Shown here: positions 9,794 through 19,424 of the stretch, in pieces
Layout: each line of letters starts with the position of its first letter
How positions within the stretch are numbered: position 1 is the first letter of the stretch
The notes under the pieces: model-generated
What the model saw: only the letters and a program-made list of their open reading frames with translations
Database searches by the model: none
Told to the model about the DNA's origin: nothing
Made by a program: the position numbers and the translations under genes
DNA from: a virus
Lineage: Duplodnaviria > Caudoviricetes
IMG/VR virus record: IMGVR_UViG_3300029305_004466
Length of the DNA: 64,000 nt
Reading direction: 5' to 3' (one strand)

Positions 9794-10093
9794 ATGGCTA
9801 GAACATTACAAGAAGTATTAGACACTGATTTATCAGCAGACAAGATGGGAGATATTACTCCGAATGAACTTGCAAACTTTTTAGTTGACAACGGTATCGT
9901 AAAAACTCCGGGTGATGTTAACAGACTTGTCATTGAAGGCATTCAGAGAGCACTGAAGGACGATGACGAATTCCCTATCAGATATTATTCTAAAGATGAA
10001 GAAATGTCTGAAAAAGGCAAGATTGTAGAGAATCCGGGTGAAATGTTAACAGATGAATTGGTTAACACTATGAAGGGAACAAATCTCTGCTAA
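9794..10093 (+). CDS. Hypothetical acidic protein
   Basis: 99 aa ORF, GGAGG RBS. Confidence 0.75.
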   Translation: MARTLQEVLDTDLSADKMGDITPNELANFLVDNGIVKTPGDVNRLVIEGIQRALKDDDEFPIRYYSKDEEMSEKGKIVENPGEMLTDELVNTMKGTNLC

Positions 10094-10107
10094 TACGTTT
10101 ATAAAAT

Positions 10108-10126
10108 ATTTTCCCTTCGGGAAAAT
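10108..10126 (+). terminator. Intergenic hairpin ATTTTCCC-TTC-GGGAAAAT
   Basis: Perfect 8-bp inverted repeat between genes; weak U-tract. Confidence 0.4.
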
Positions 10127-10153
10127 CATAGTTATTTTTAATGGAGGCATGGC

Positions 10154-11365
10154 ATGGACATTAACATCGAAGAACTTAAAGTTGCTGCCCCTATTATAGA
10201 CTATGTTGAAAAATTCTATCCAAACATGATACGCTTTGTAGAAAAGTCTTCGAACTGCTGCAAAGCGTATTGTATTTGGCATCAAGATACTGATAGTCCA
10301 TCTCTTGCATTTTTTGCAAATGGTTCTTATAAGTGTTTTGGGTGTGGTGAGCACGGGGACATTATAGCTTTAGTAATGAAACTTGAAAACGTAGGATTTT
10401 TAGAGGCTTGTAAAATAATAGGTGACAATGTTGGGTATGAGGTAATACTAACTCCCCCAAATCCGTATCACGAAGCCTACAAGGATACAATGGATAACCA
10501 TTCCAGAAGATATTGGTATAACTTTCAGATGAATGATTATGCCAAAGAGTATATGATGGTAAACAGAGGGTTGACCAAGGAAACTCTTAATTTATTCCGT
10601 ATAGGCTTAACGGATACTAATGAATATCTATATCGAAAAGACATAGGAAATATATCTTCAAGAATATCTTTCCCAATTCTTGAAAATAAAATTCATAACC
10701 CTAAATGTATTGCAATGGGTTATCGTACACTGAAAGATGAAAAGCCAAAATATATAAATGATTGTAATCAAGAAGGAAAGCCAAATCAAGACCCTAATGT
10801 TGCAGGTGTATTTACTAAGGGTAATGTTTTATACGGCTATCCAATGGCATGTCAATCAATAAGAAAAAACAATTATGCTATCTTAACTGAAGGCTATGTT
10901 GATGTACTGTCAATGCATCAAGCGGGTCTTACAAATACTGTATCCACTATGGGGACGGCAGTTACCGAAACACAAGTACTCTTGTTAAAGAATTTAACAA
11001 AAAATATTATCTTGATACTTGATTCAGATAAGGCAGGGATAAATGCAATGTTAAAAGTTCTGCCATTATTATTTAAACATGGATTAAATGTAAAGATATG
11101 TACTTTGGATAAAGGTATGGACCCAGCTGATTTATGTTTGAAATATGATTTCAATCATAATAAGATAGCAAATATTATTAAAGAAAATACAATTCAGGCA
11201 GAAATGTTTTTAATTAATTCCTCTGTAGCTGCTTACGAATCTTATGTAGTGGCAGAAAGAAAAAGAATAATCGAAAATATCATGCCTATTTTTAATGTCA
11301 TGGAAAACAGCATAAGTAAAAACATTTATATTGATACATTGCTAAAACGAATTGACATGAAATAA
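10154..11365 (+). CDS. dnaG: DnaG-type DNA primase (CHC2 zinc finger + TOPRIM)
   Basis: CIWH...CFGC zinc finger, PKYIN, EGYVDV, MGTA, LDSDKAG, DPAD. Confidence 0.95.
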   Translation: MDINIEELKVAAPIIDYVEKFYPNMIRFVEKSSNCCKAYCIWHQDTDSPSLAFFANGSYKCFGCGEHGDIIALVMKLENVGFLEACKIIGDNVGYEVILTPPNPYHEAYKDTMDNHSRRYWYNFQMNDYAKEYMMVNRGLTKETLNLFRIGLTDTNEYLYRKDIGNISSRISFPILENKIHNPKCIAMGYRTLKDEKPKYINDCNQEGKPNQDPNVAGVFTKGNVLYGYPMACQSIRKNNYAILTEGYVDVLSMHQAGLTNTVSTMGTAVTETQVLLLKNLTKNIILILDSDKAGINAMLKVLPLLFKHGLNVKICTLDKGMDPADLCLKYDFNHNKIANIIKENTIQAEMFLINSSVAAYESYVVAERKRIIENIMPIFNVMENSISKNIYIDTLLKRIDMK

Positions 11366-11385
11366 AAAGAATAGGAGGTAAGTAT

Positions 11386-11664
11386 ATGCTATTTAACGTA
11401 GATTACAGCAAAGAAGAGGGTAACGTATTTATTTCGGCAGATGACGGAAGTAGTGGTGCAACATATAAAGTAGATAAAGACGATGTAATAAGAAGTATTG
11501 CAATCGCTTTAGAAACTTATATAGAAAATTACTATGCAGAAGAAATAGGAGGACAAGGTATGGAATTTAAAGGCTTTACTTTAGAACCAGTTTACAATGA
11601 AAATGGTGAAGAAGCATATCAGCAGTACACCATGAATTTTGAGGAGGTCAAAACAAATGAATGA
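11386..11664 (+). CDS. Hypothetical acidic protein
   Basis: 92 aa ORF, AGGAGGT RBS. Confidence 0.7.
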   Translation: MLFNVDYSKEEGNVFISADDGSSGATYKVDKDDVIRSIAIALETYIENYYAEEIGGQGMEFKGFTLEPVYNENGEEAYQQYTMNFEEVKTNE

Positions 11665-12661
11665 TGAAAAAGAATTAAGTAAAGTTTTACGAGAAAGCGG
11701 GAAAATTAATCAGGACGAAAATGTAAGGGTAGTATCTCTTGATGATACTTTTAAGTTTAACTGTGTTCGTTGTGGTAAATGCTGTAGCGGCAGAAGCGAT
11801 ATTATTTTAACACCATTTGATATATATCAGATTGCTAAAGCATTGGGAATTACTACAAAAGAGGTTATCAATAATTATTGTAATGTTTTATACGGGAATA
11901 ATTCCGGCTTGCCTTTGGTAACTCTTGCAAGTGATGAAAGAGATTTATGCCCATTCTTACAGTTTTCTGTTACAGAAGGTAAGTTTGGCTGTTCTATCAA
12001 TACTCATAAGCCGGGAGTATGTATCATGCATCCAGTCGGAGCTGTAAGAAAGTTTGATGTGGATACAAAAGAAAAGTACGAAAAGCAATTCATGTTGGTT
12101 CCTGCTTGTGATAACAATACTGCTGATGTAGAACATAAGGTAAGAGATTTTATTAAGCCTTATCTTGATAATGAGGCTGAACATGACGCAGGCTCTTTAT
12201 TACAATTTGAAATTGGCAAGTACATTGACACAAGAAAGATGTTAAAAATTGTGATTGAACCTGATGAAGAGTATATTGAGAACAAGCTTACGGCAGAAGA
12301 AAAAGAAAGTCTTAAAGCTGTTTCTCCACTCATGAGAGGCTTATTCGTAAGTACTTATATAGCTTCTTCCATAAAAACAGCTTATATGTTTGATACAGAT
12401 AAGAGTTTCATGGAACAGATTGATAATGTAAAGCAAGGCATAAGATTAAACGCTTTAAATGCATTGAGTACTGTTAATATGGCTACTGGTGTTGATTTTA
12501 AAGCAAATACATTCCCAGAAGAAGCGGAAGATGATTTAAAGCTTGTGAGCGATATGCTCGACAAACATTCTAAAGAAGCTAATCCAGAAGATGTTAAGGA
12601 ATTTGTAAATCACTTTTTAGAAAAGATTAAAAATAAAGTGGAGGATAAAAAGAATGATTGA
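11657..12661 (+). CDS. YkgJ family CxxCxxCC cysteine-cluster protein with C-terminal extension
   Basis: FNCVRCGKCC, CPFL, CSINTHKPGVCIMHP. Confidence 0.85.
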   Translation: MNDEKELSKVLRESGKINQDENVRVVSLDDTFKFNCVRCGKCCSGRSDIILTPFDIYQIAKALGITTKEVINNYCNVLYGNNSGLPLVTLASDERDLCPFLQFSVTEGKFGCSINTHKPGVCIMHPVGAVRKFDVDTKEKYEKQFMLVPACDNNTADVEHKVRDFIKPYLDNEAEHDAGSLLQFEIGKYIDTRKMLKIVIEPDEEYIENKLTAEEKESLKAVSPLMRGLFVSTYIASSIKTAYMFDTDKSFMEQIDNVKQGIRLNALNALSTVNMATGVDFKANTFPEEAEDDLKLVSDMLDKHSKEANPEDVKEFVNHFLEKIKNKVEDKKND

Positions 12662-13022
12662 TATCAAAGACGTTGAACAGGTTATTGCACTTACAGATGA
12701 AATCAAAAAGCTCGAAGCAAGAAAAAAGGTATTAACCGATAATTTAAAAACAGAAATGCTTGCTTCTGGTCAGGATACCATTACTCATAATGGTAGCAAG
12801 ATTCAGCTGATTAGTACAACAAGAACTTCTGTTAAGAAAGGCATGAAGGATAAGTTATTAATGTTCTTAAAGAACAAAAAGTTAGATTCCTGCATTGTTC
12901 TTAATCCAGATATTGATAAAGACAATCTGGAAACAGAAATTAATGTTGGCAATGTAACTCAGGCTGAATTAAATCAGTATATGAACTTCACAGAAGTAAA
13001 TTCTATTCGGGTGACTTTATAA
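12654..13022 (+). CDS. Hypothetical phage protein with N-terminal coiled coil
   Basis: 122 aa ORF, GGAGG RBS. Confidence 0.75.
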   Translation: MIDIKDVEQVIALTDEIKKLEARKKVLTDNLKTEMLASGQDTITHNGSKIQLISTTRTSVKKGMKDKLLMFLKNKKLDSCIVLNPDIDKDNLETEINVGNVTQAELNQYMNFTEVNSIRVTL

Positions 13023-13585
13023 TGGGATTTCAAGAGTATTTAAATGGTTTAGATGCAAAAGAAAGAGAATATGCTACTAGTTTTTTCAATAGAAAAGAGT
13101 ATATAGAACATATTAACTCTGTAGCGATAAATAATTCAAATGAAATAATTGCATCAGGCAAAGGTAATTGTAATTCAAAGATAGCAGTAATTTGTGATAG
13201 TTATACTAACTTAGATATTGTCACTAAATTTGTTAAGCCAATGTTTGAAAGTATAAACACAAGCATGTGGAATATATACATTACGTCTATTAAAAAATCT
13301 GAATGTGATAACTCTCAATTATGGAGCGAAATGATACAGCATGAATTAAATGCTGTATCTCCACTCTTTAGTTTTATGTTTGTTGATAACAAACAAAGCT
13401 TTATGGAAGAAGAATATGTTGTTTTTAATAAAACATTACCAGTAGTATATATCAATTTAGATGATGTAAAATACGTATTAGATAAAGATAATTTCAAAAC
13501 AGAAAGGTATATTCAAATAATGAGCAATCTTCATAAATATGTATTGAAACTTATCCAGTATAGAGAAATAGAAATTTTAGAATAG
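13022..13585 (+). CDS. Degenerate uracil-DNA glycosylase (family 4)-like protein
   Basis: SGKGNCNSKIAVI...IYITSIKK...ELNAVSP follows the UDG-4 scaffold; GEAPG motif absent. Confidence 0.5.
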   Translation: MGFQEYLNGLDAKEREYATSFFNRKEYIEHINSVAINNSNEIIASGKGNCNSKIAVICDSYTNLDIVTKFVKPMFESINTSMWNIYITSIKKSECDNSQLWSEMIQHELNAVSPLFSFMFVDNKQSFMEEEYVVFNKTLPVVYINLDDVKYVLDKDNFKTERYIQIMSNLHKYVLKLIQYREIEILE

Positions 13586-13595
13586 GAGAAGTATT

Positions 13596-14183
13596 ATGGA
13601 AAACACTCAGGTAAATAATGCACAACCACAGTCAAATGTAGTGCAGTTTGACCCATCTAGAGTTTCAAGAACGTATACAAGCTCTCAGTGGACTATGAAA
13701 GAAGATTGGTATGTAAATAAAGTTGCCAACCTTACTATTCCGCTGTCCCCTACACCTGCCGATATCGGTAATGTTGCAAATAACTTAGAAAGTTTGCTTT
13801 CATTAGCAAGACTCGACATGTCATTCATTGAACAGTCTTATGATAAATTCGAACTGTTATATAAGCTTCAGGAGAAGATTATATACAATGAATTGGACAA
13901 ATATAATATCGGTGTAGCTCAGGGGCAGAAACTTACTGTAGCTGAACGTGAAGGCTATGCGGCAAGTATCTTAAAGAACACGCCTTGGGATGGTGGACAG
14001 TTATCCTTATTTGATTTAAGAATGTTAAGTCGCTCAAGATACACATTCATGGAAGGTGTTATCAAGACGTTAACAGATAAAAAGGATTTACTGATTACTC
14101 ATTCTTCTGTTATTAAGACAGAGGCAAGTCTTAATGGAATGGGTAATTCAGTCCCAAATAATAATGGATACAGGAGGAATTAA
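13596..14183 (+). CDS. Hypothetical helical protein
   Basis: 195 aa ORF, AGGAG RBS. Confidence 0.75.
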   Translation: MENTQVNNAQPQSNVVQFDPSRVSRTYTSSQWTMKEDWYVNKVANLTIPLSPTPADIGNVANNLESLLSLARLDMSFIEQSYDKFELLYKLQEKIIYNELDKYNIGVAQGQKLTVAEREGYAASILKNTPWDGGQLSLFDLRMLSRSRYTFMEGVIKTLTDKKDLLITHSSVIKTEASLNGMGNSVPNNNGYRRN

Positions 14184-14184
14184 A

Positions 14185-14457
14185 ATGGCAAGAGAATTTA
14201 AGCCGGGAGACATTATTGGGCATTTCAAAAGAGATTTATGCACTGAACAGGAAAGACAGCAAAATAAATATCTTTATGAAGTTATTGGTACAGCAACACA
14301 TTCAGAAACAAAAGAACAGATGCTTGTTTATAAAGCTCTATATGCACCTTTTGAAATATATGTACGTCCATTAGAAATGGCAATGAGTAAAACAGATAAA
14401 GAAAAATATCCTGAAGCAACACAGGAATATCGTCTTGAAGTATATCATTTCTTTTAA
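14185..14457 (+). CDS. DUF1653 family protein
   Basis: HFK...YEVIGTATHSETKEQMLVYKALY...YVRPLEM. Confidence 0.85.
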   Translation: MAREFKPGDIIGHFKRDLCTEQERQQNKYLYEVIGTATHSETKEQMLVYKALYAPFEIYVRPLEMAMSKTDKEKYPEATQEYRLEVYHFF

Positions 14458-14468
14458 GGAGAGTTAAT

Positions 14469-15017
14469 ATGTCTTGTGAATATGAAAGTTCATGCCTTAA
14501 TTCAAATAAATGTTTCAGATGTTATAATCAGTCTTTATTGAAATTAAAGCATGAAAAACGTAAATCATATGCAAGTCAGTCTACTCAGAAAGATAGAGCA
14601 AAAAAGGATTCATGGAAATGCTTAGAGCAGGATGTTGCTAATAAGCTTAACCAAGTTCCTACAATATCAGAGGCACGTAGAAGTCGTGCCTCTGGTGCTC
14701 TATGGTTTGAGAAAGGCGATATTGTAGATGATATTCTTCATCCAGAATGTAAAGAAAGAACCGCAAGTGAACTTAAGTCTGGAGAACACAGCATGAGCAT
14801 TAAACGAGAATGGCTTGAAAAAGCAAAAGAGGAATGTTCTCGTAATGATAAAACTATGTGTCTTCCGTTCAGATTCAAAGAAGATGAAAACATCTATTGC
14901 ATTTTTGAAATGAATGATATTGCAGATTTAGTTACAACAATGAAAGCTTACATAAAAGATAATGAGCTTAAAGAAGCAGAAATTAAAAGATTGCAAAAAC
15001 TTCTTAATGAGAAGTAA
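14469..15017 (+). CDS. PD-(D/E)XK nuclease, Hjc-like Holliday junction resolvase
   Basis: EQDVA...SGA...KGDI...ECK; Cys-rich N-terminus. Confidence 0.7.
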   Translation: MSCEYESSCLNSNKCFRCYNQSLLKLKHEKRKSYASQSTQKDRAKKDSWKCLEQDVANKLNQVPTISEARRSRASGALWFEKGDIVDDILHPECKERTASELKSGEHSMSIKREWLEKAKEECSRNDKTMCLPFRFKEDENIYCIFEMNDIADLVTTMKAYIKDNELKEAEIKRLQKLLNEK

Positions 15018-15029
15018 TCGGGAGGTATT

Positions 15030-15863
15030 ATGGAAATAATTACAAATGTTAGTATTGATAACGAAGTATTTGTGGCATGTACAGAAAATAATACAATGTA
15101 CACAACAACTAAAGATATTGCTGAAAAATTTGGTAAACAGCATAAAAATGTACTTCAAGCCGTCAGAGATTTGGTAGCTGGAAATTCAGCCGCCAAAAAT
15201 ATGTTTCATGAAGCCACTTATGAAAACAGAGGTAAGCAATACCCTATGTATCTTGTAAATAGAAATGGTTTTACATTATTAGTTATGGGATTTACAGGTC
15301 AAGATGCTCTTGAGTGGAAAATGAAATATATGAATGCTTTTAACCGTATGGAAGAAATGATTCGTACAAAGTTTACTACATTAGAACGCCAGCAGCAACA
15401 AAATCAAATGCCTCAGCGTGGAAGCAAGGAATTCTTGGCGTTGGCATTAATGGATGCTCAGCAAATTATCGAAGAACAGGAAAGACAGTTAATTGATGCA
15501 CAGCCAGCAATTGTATTCCATCAAGCTGTTGCGGTTACAGAAGATACAATTCTTGTTAGAGATTTTGCTAAATTGGTTACTCAGGCTTTACGCCAAAACG
15601 GTTTCAATGTTACGATTGGTGAAAAGAGATTATTTGAATGGTTTAAAGATAAGGGTTACTTAATTAAGCAAAAGTCTAATTCTTATAATATGCCTACCCA
15701 AAGAAGTGTAGACATGAACCTTTTCAAGATTAAGGAAACAACAATTCAGGGAGACCATGGACCACGTATTAATAAGACTTCCAAGATTACTGGTAAAGGT
15801 CAGGAATATTTCATGGATAAGATATTGGAAATCTATAAAAGTGGTGGCACAATAACTGTATAG
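15030..15863 (+). CDS. Rha family regulator fused to antirepressor KilAC/ANT domain
   Basis: IAEKFGKQHKNVL, GFTLLVMGFTG, YMNAFNRME; ILVRDFAK, PTQRS, ITGKGQEYF. Confidence 0.9.
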   Translation: MEIITNVSIDNEVFVACTENNTMYTTTKDIAEKFGKQHKNVLQAVRDLVAGNSAAKNMFHEATYENRGKQYPMYLVNRNGFTLLVMGFTGQDALEWKMKYMNAFNRMEEMIRTKFTTLERQQQQNQMPQRGSKEFLALALMDAQQIIEEQERQLIDAQPAIVFHQAVAVTEDTILVRDFAKLVTQALRQNGFNVTIGEKRLFEWFKDKGYLIKQKSNSYNMPTQRSVDMNLFKIKETTIQGDHGPRINKTSKITGKGQEYFMDKILEIYKSGGTITV

Positions 15864-15872
15864 GAGGATGAC

Positions 15873-16559
15873 ATGAGTAAAAGAATTAGAACTTTATATG
15901 ATAGAGAACAGGAAGAAATGCAGCGTGAAGCTTATCAGGCAAAGAAAAAACCTATGTACACCGAAATTAGAAGAGGTGATATTTTCTATTTCGATAAGGG
16001 TCCCGTAACTGGAGTAGAACAACAGGGTGGAAGACCGGGTGTTATCGTATCAAATGACGCTTGTAATAGTAGCAGTGATTTTGTATTAGTATGTTATTTA
16101 ACTACTAAGCCAAAGACATGTTTACCAACTCATGTAGACATAATGTGTGAAGAAAAGTCTATCTGTTTATGTGAGCAGGTACATACTCTTTCTAAAGAAA
16201 AAATGCAAAGATATATTTGTACTGCATCTACTGAAGAAATGAAAGAGATTGATAAAGCTTTAGTTACAGCATTGGATATTGATTTCACAAATATTTTACC
16301 AGAAGATTATATGAATATTGTTTTAAATGCAAAAGATGAGTTAAAAGAAAAAGATGAGCTGATTACAAATCAGGATGAATATATTAAAGAATTACAGCAA
16401 CAGCTTGCAGATTGCAAGAAATTAGCACAGTATGAAGAAGAAGCAAAAGCTGATAATTCTGAATATATAAAAGTATGTGCCGAAAGAGATGTGTATATGA
16501 AGCTGTATAATGACCTGTTACAAAAAGTTATTAAACAGATAAAAACAGCTATTATATAA
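15873..16559 (+). CDS. mazF: PemK/MazF family endoribonuclease with C-terminal coiled coil
   Basis: RRGDIFY, EQQGGRPGVIVSND, LTT, PTHV, CEQV, IDKAL. Confidence 0.85.
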   Translation: MSKRIRTLYDREQEEMQREAYQAKKKPMYTEIRRGDIFYFDKGPVTGVEQQGGRPGVIVSNDACNSSSDFVLVCYLTTKPKTCLPTHVDIMCEEKSICLCEQVHTLSKEKMQRYICTASTEEMKEIDKALVTALDIDFTNILPEDYMNIVLNAKDELKEKDELITNQDEYIKELQQQLADCKKLAQYEEEAKADNSEYIKVCAERDVYMKLYNDLLQKVIKQIKTAII

Positions 16560-16581
16560 ATAAATCATAAGGAGAAAAGAC

Positions 16582-17658
16582 ATGAAGATTATTAAAGCTG
16601 GGTATGAAATAATGCCTAATTTTGAGAATCCGCTGAAGAAAATCGAACTTGTAGCAAGAACATGTTATAAGTCCGAAGATTTAATTACTGAAGATTCATG
16701 TGTTAAGATGGTTGAGAATCTTGTTAAAAAAGGACATCTTGCCATGCTTGAACACGCTACACTTGCGTACATTGTAGACCATGCAACATTTGAGCTGGTT
16801 GCCAACATTGTAAACAATCTTGAGATAAATGTTTTTGAAGGTGTAGAACGTTATCCAGTTAAATCTTTTGTAAGATTTACAGCTCATCATGTTGAAGTTG
16901 AAGGTGAAGATGACCCACTTGTAGACAGATTTATTATTTCTGGTAACTTAAGAGCGTATGCAGAAATGTTCCAGTTATTGCTTGATGCAGTTTCTTTCTT
17001 GCCAGAACAGTTAGTTACTGCTGTTGCAGAAGATTCTAACGGAGCAGTTGATTATCGCCCTTGCTTAGCAGACGGTGAAATGGGCAGAGCAGGTATTAAA
17101 CTTATTACGGATTTTAGTAAGCTGTCTCTTAGTGAAAGAGTAGTACATGAAACATTAACTGTTAAGTTTACAGTGGACCGTGGAGTTACACACGAATTTG
17201 TTCGTCATAGACCTGCAAGTTTTGCACAGGAATCTACACGTTACTGCAACTATTCCAAAGGTAAGTTTGGTGAAGAAATTACTGTTATTGAACCTTGTTA
17301 TTTAAAGAGACCTGAAGGTGATGAAACACTTAGCACTGAACAATGGGCTGAAAGATACGGTGCATGGGAACATGCTTGTAAAACAGCAGAAGAGTGCTAT
17401 TTCAGAATGTTAAAAGATGGTGCAACACCTCAGGAGGCAAGAGCAGTTCTTCCTACATCTACTAAGGCAGACCTTATTATTACAGCTACTGTTGAAGAAT
17501 GGCTCCATATCTTAGATTTAAGAGCTCTTGGTGTTACAGGCAAGCCTCATCCTCAGATGTTAGAAGTTATGGTGCCTCTGGCAAAAGAATTAGCTTCTAA
17601 TCAGCTTAAAGACTACGACAAGTTTACAACAATTAAGCAGATACTGGAAATGGAATAA
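16582..17658 (+). CDS. thyX: FAD-dependent thymidylate synthase
   Basis: ARTCY, GHLAMLEH, RHRPASFAQESTRY, PQEARAVLP, HPQM. Confidence 0.95.
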   Translation: MKIIKAGYEIMPNFENPLKKIELVARTCYKSEDLITEDSCVKMVENLVKKGHLAMLEHATLAYIVDHATFELVANIVNNLEINVFEGVERYPVKSFVRFTAHHVEVEGEDDPLVDRFIISGNLRAYAEMFQLLLDAVSFLPEQLVTAVAEDSNGAVDYRPCLADGEMGRAGIKLITDFSKLSLSERVVHETLTVKFTVDRGVTHEFVRHRPASFAQESTRYCNYSKGKFGEEITVIEPCYLKRPEGDETLSTEQWAERYGAWEHACKTAEECYFRMLKDGATPQEARAVLPTSTKADLIITATVEEWLHILDLRALGVTGKPHPQMLEVMVPLAKELASNQLKDYDKFTTIKQILEME

Positions 17659-17900
17659 TGCCAATAGAAGACGCTTTTGTTGTGTGTAAAGAAATTAATC
17701 CTGAGACGGGCGAAAGTATGGTATATGATATAGGGTGGGTTGTAAAAGATGATATAAATCTTACACGTTTACAATTAAGACAAAGATACAATCACACCCT
17801 TAAATACTATGCTATGTCACCAGAAGGGTATAATTCAAAGGATTATGTCGTAGGTCTTATTAAAAAAGGATTGAGCAGTAGCATGTATACTTATGTATAA
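17658..17900 (+). CDS. Hypothetical protein
   Basis: 80 aa ORF, TAATG coupling to thyX. Confidence 0.7.
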   Translation: MPIEDAFVVCKEINPETGESMVYDIGWVVKDDINLTRLQLRQRYNHTLKYYAMSPEGYNSKDYVVGLIKKGLSSSMYTYV

Positions 17901-17911
17901 AGGAGTTTAAA

Positions 17912-18532
17912 ATGAACCCGTTAGAATTTTATGGCGTATTACACACTGCACTTACAGACAAGATACAAATGAGTAATAAAGAAACATTTACAAAAGAAGA
18001 AGTTTTAAAAATGTTAGATAAAATAGGGGAAAATTATAAAAAAGCCATTTGTAATGGAAGTTATATTTTCAATATTGAGGAACTAAATGGGAACTCTGTT
18101 ACCATAGAAGATGACGAATATGTTGTAAAAAAACTTTTGACCGAAGAAAATAAAAGCTTGTTATTTATTCAGGTAGCAGAAAAAGAAGACCCTATTACTG
18201 ATTCAGATATTCAGATATTAGCTGAAGCAATACAAAAAGGCGTTGCAAAAAGTTCTAACATATCTGGAGTAATAATTGTACCACCTAATATGGATGTGTC
18301 TTTGATTACAGCTTCGTTGGATAAGTATCAAGATATTAAAGGTTTAGAATTCACTGAAACTGAAATTGATATGATAAGCAAACTACAAGATGAAATGTCA
18401 TACATAAACAGTTATGATGATATACTTACAACAATGCCTAAATATTTTAGAAGTAAGAAAACAGGAATGTCACAAATCTATAATAGTTTCTTTGGTTCTT
18501 CTGGCAGCACTACAAATGGCGATAAGTATTAA
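17912..18532 (+). CDS. Hypothetical protein
   Basis: 206 aa ORF, AAGGAG RBS. Confidence 0.75.
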   Translation: MNPLEFYGVLHTALTDKIQMSNKETFTKEEVLKMLDKIGENYKKAICNGSYIFNIEELNGNSVTIEDDEYVVKKLLTEENKSLLFIQVAEKEDPITDSDIQILAEAIQKGVAKSSNISGVIIVPPNMDVSLITASLDKYQDIKGLEFTETEIDMISKLQDEMSYINSYDDILTTMPKYFRSKKTGMSQIYNSFFGSSGSTTNGDKY

Positions 18533-18544
18533 TGTAACATTTTG

Positions 18545-18573
18545 TTGCATTTTTATTAATTGTGTGCTATAAT
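18545..18573 (+). promoter_or_regulatory. SigmaA-type promoter TTGCAT-N17-TATAAT with extended -10
   Basis: ttgcat 18545-50, tg-c-tataat 18565-73, intergenic. Confidence 0.7.
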
Positions 18574-18603
18574 AATACCATAATATTCAAGGAGGTATTT
18601 ATT

Positions 18604-18762
18604 ATGCCAGTAAATGAAAATGTTAACGGAACCGACATCAAGAAATGTCCTGATTGTGGATGTGATATGGTTAAGACAAGTGATAATGACCCATTAGTAA
18701 TGGAGTATACAAAATACAAATGCAGTGGATGTGGAAACGAACACAAAGTATATGAAGAATAA
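18604..18762 (+). CDS. Small zinc-ribbon protein
   Basis: CPDC...CSGC; AAGGAGGT RBS before ATG 18604. Confidence 0.75.
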   Translation: MPVNENVNGTDIKKCPDCGCDMVKTSDNDPLVMEYTKYKCSGCGNEHKVYEE

Positions 18763-18765
18763 CAG

Positions 18766-18787
18766 GCAGGGCGAAAGCCCTGCTTTA
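18766..18787 (+). terminator. Hairpin GCAGGGC-GAAA-GCCCTGC-TTTA
   Basis: Perfect 7-bp GC stem, GNRA loop, short U tract. Confidence 0.65.
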
Positions 18788-18806
18788 TTACAAGGAGGAT
18801 TTATTT

Positions 18807-19211
18807 ATGGAATTTTATGTTGATTACATTGTAAAAGAGGAACAGGGTGTTGTTATTTGTGTCATTTCTGGTTGTGAATTTGACGCTGTAGAGCTTGTTA
18901 ATAAGCGTACTAACTTATTTGAATGTCCATGTGTTCCAGAAAAGTTTGCTATCAGCGATAAGTACAAAGGCGTTGCTAGATGTACTTCTGATGATACATT
19001 TAACCTTGAATACGGTAAGAAGCTGGCATTCAAGAAAGCTTATCTTAAGTACACAAAGGCTCTCGAAAAGAAGGTAAGATTCCTTGCTGATGATTACAAG
19101 AAGTATTCCGATAAGATGCTTGCAGGCTTTGAAAAGGCTCGTCATGAAGCGTTAAGAAAAGCAGATTCTGCTTTTGCTGGCTATCAGAAGATTTTAGAGG
19201 AAGCGAAATAA
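18807..19211 (+). CDS. Conserved-type phage protein (GxARC..DD.F...G..LA motif)
   Basis: YKGVARCTSDDTFNLEYGKKLAF; AAGGAGG RBS. Confidence 0.75.
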   Translation: MEFYVDYIVKEEQGVVICVISGCEFDAVELVNKRTNLFECPCVPEKFAISDKYKGVARCTSDDTFNLEYGKKLAFKKAYLKYTKALEKKVRFLADDYKKYSDKMLAGFEKARHEALRKADSAFAGYQKILEEAK

Positions 19212-19381
19212 TGAAACAGCCTAAAAAATTAAAACGGGAACATAAGATAGAAATATCTAAGTTAAGACCAGAATTAGATTTAGCTAAGTATAATTTAGTA
19301 TCTGTTGATGATAATGAATACATACTTATTGAATCTGATGAAAGAAACAAAGAAAGAAGTTTTGTTGTTATCCCTAGATAA
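19211..19381 (+). CDS. Small hypothetical protein (56 aa, MKQPKKLKREHK...)
   Basis: TAATG-coupled to upstream gene; ends just before the terminator; below the ORF-track cutoff. Confidence 0.7.
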   Translation: MKQPKKLKREHKIEISKLRPELDLAKYNLVSVDDNEYILIESDERNKERSFVVIPR

Positions 19382-19385
19382 CAAC

Positions 19386-19424
19386 TGGGGGACGGTGCAT
19401 TCGCACCGTCCCCTGATATTTTTT
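19386..19424. terminator. Intrinsic terminator between the convergent genome arms
   Basis: GGGGACGGTGC-ATTC-GCACCGTCCCC 11-bp stem followed by a T-rich tract. Confidence 0.85.
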
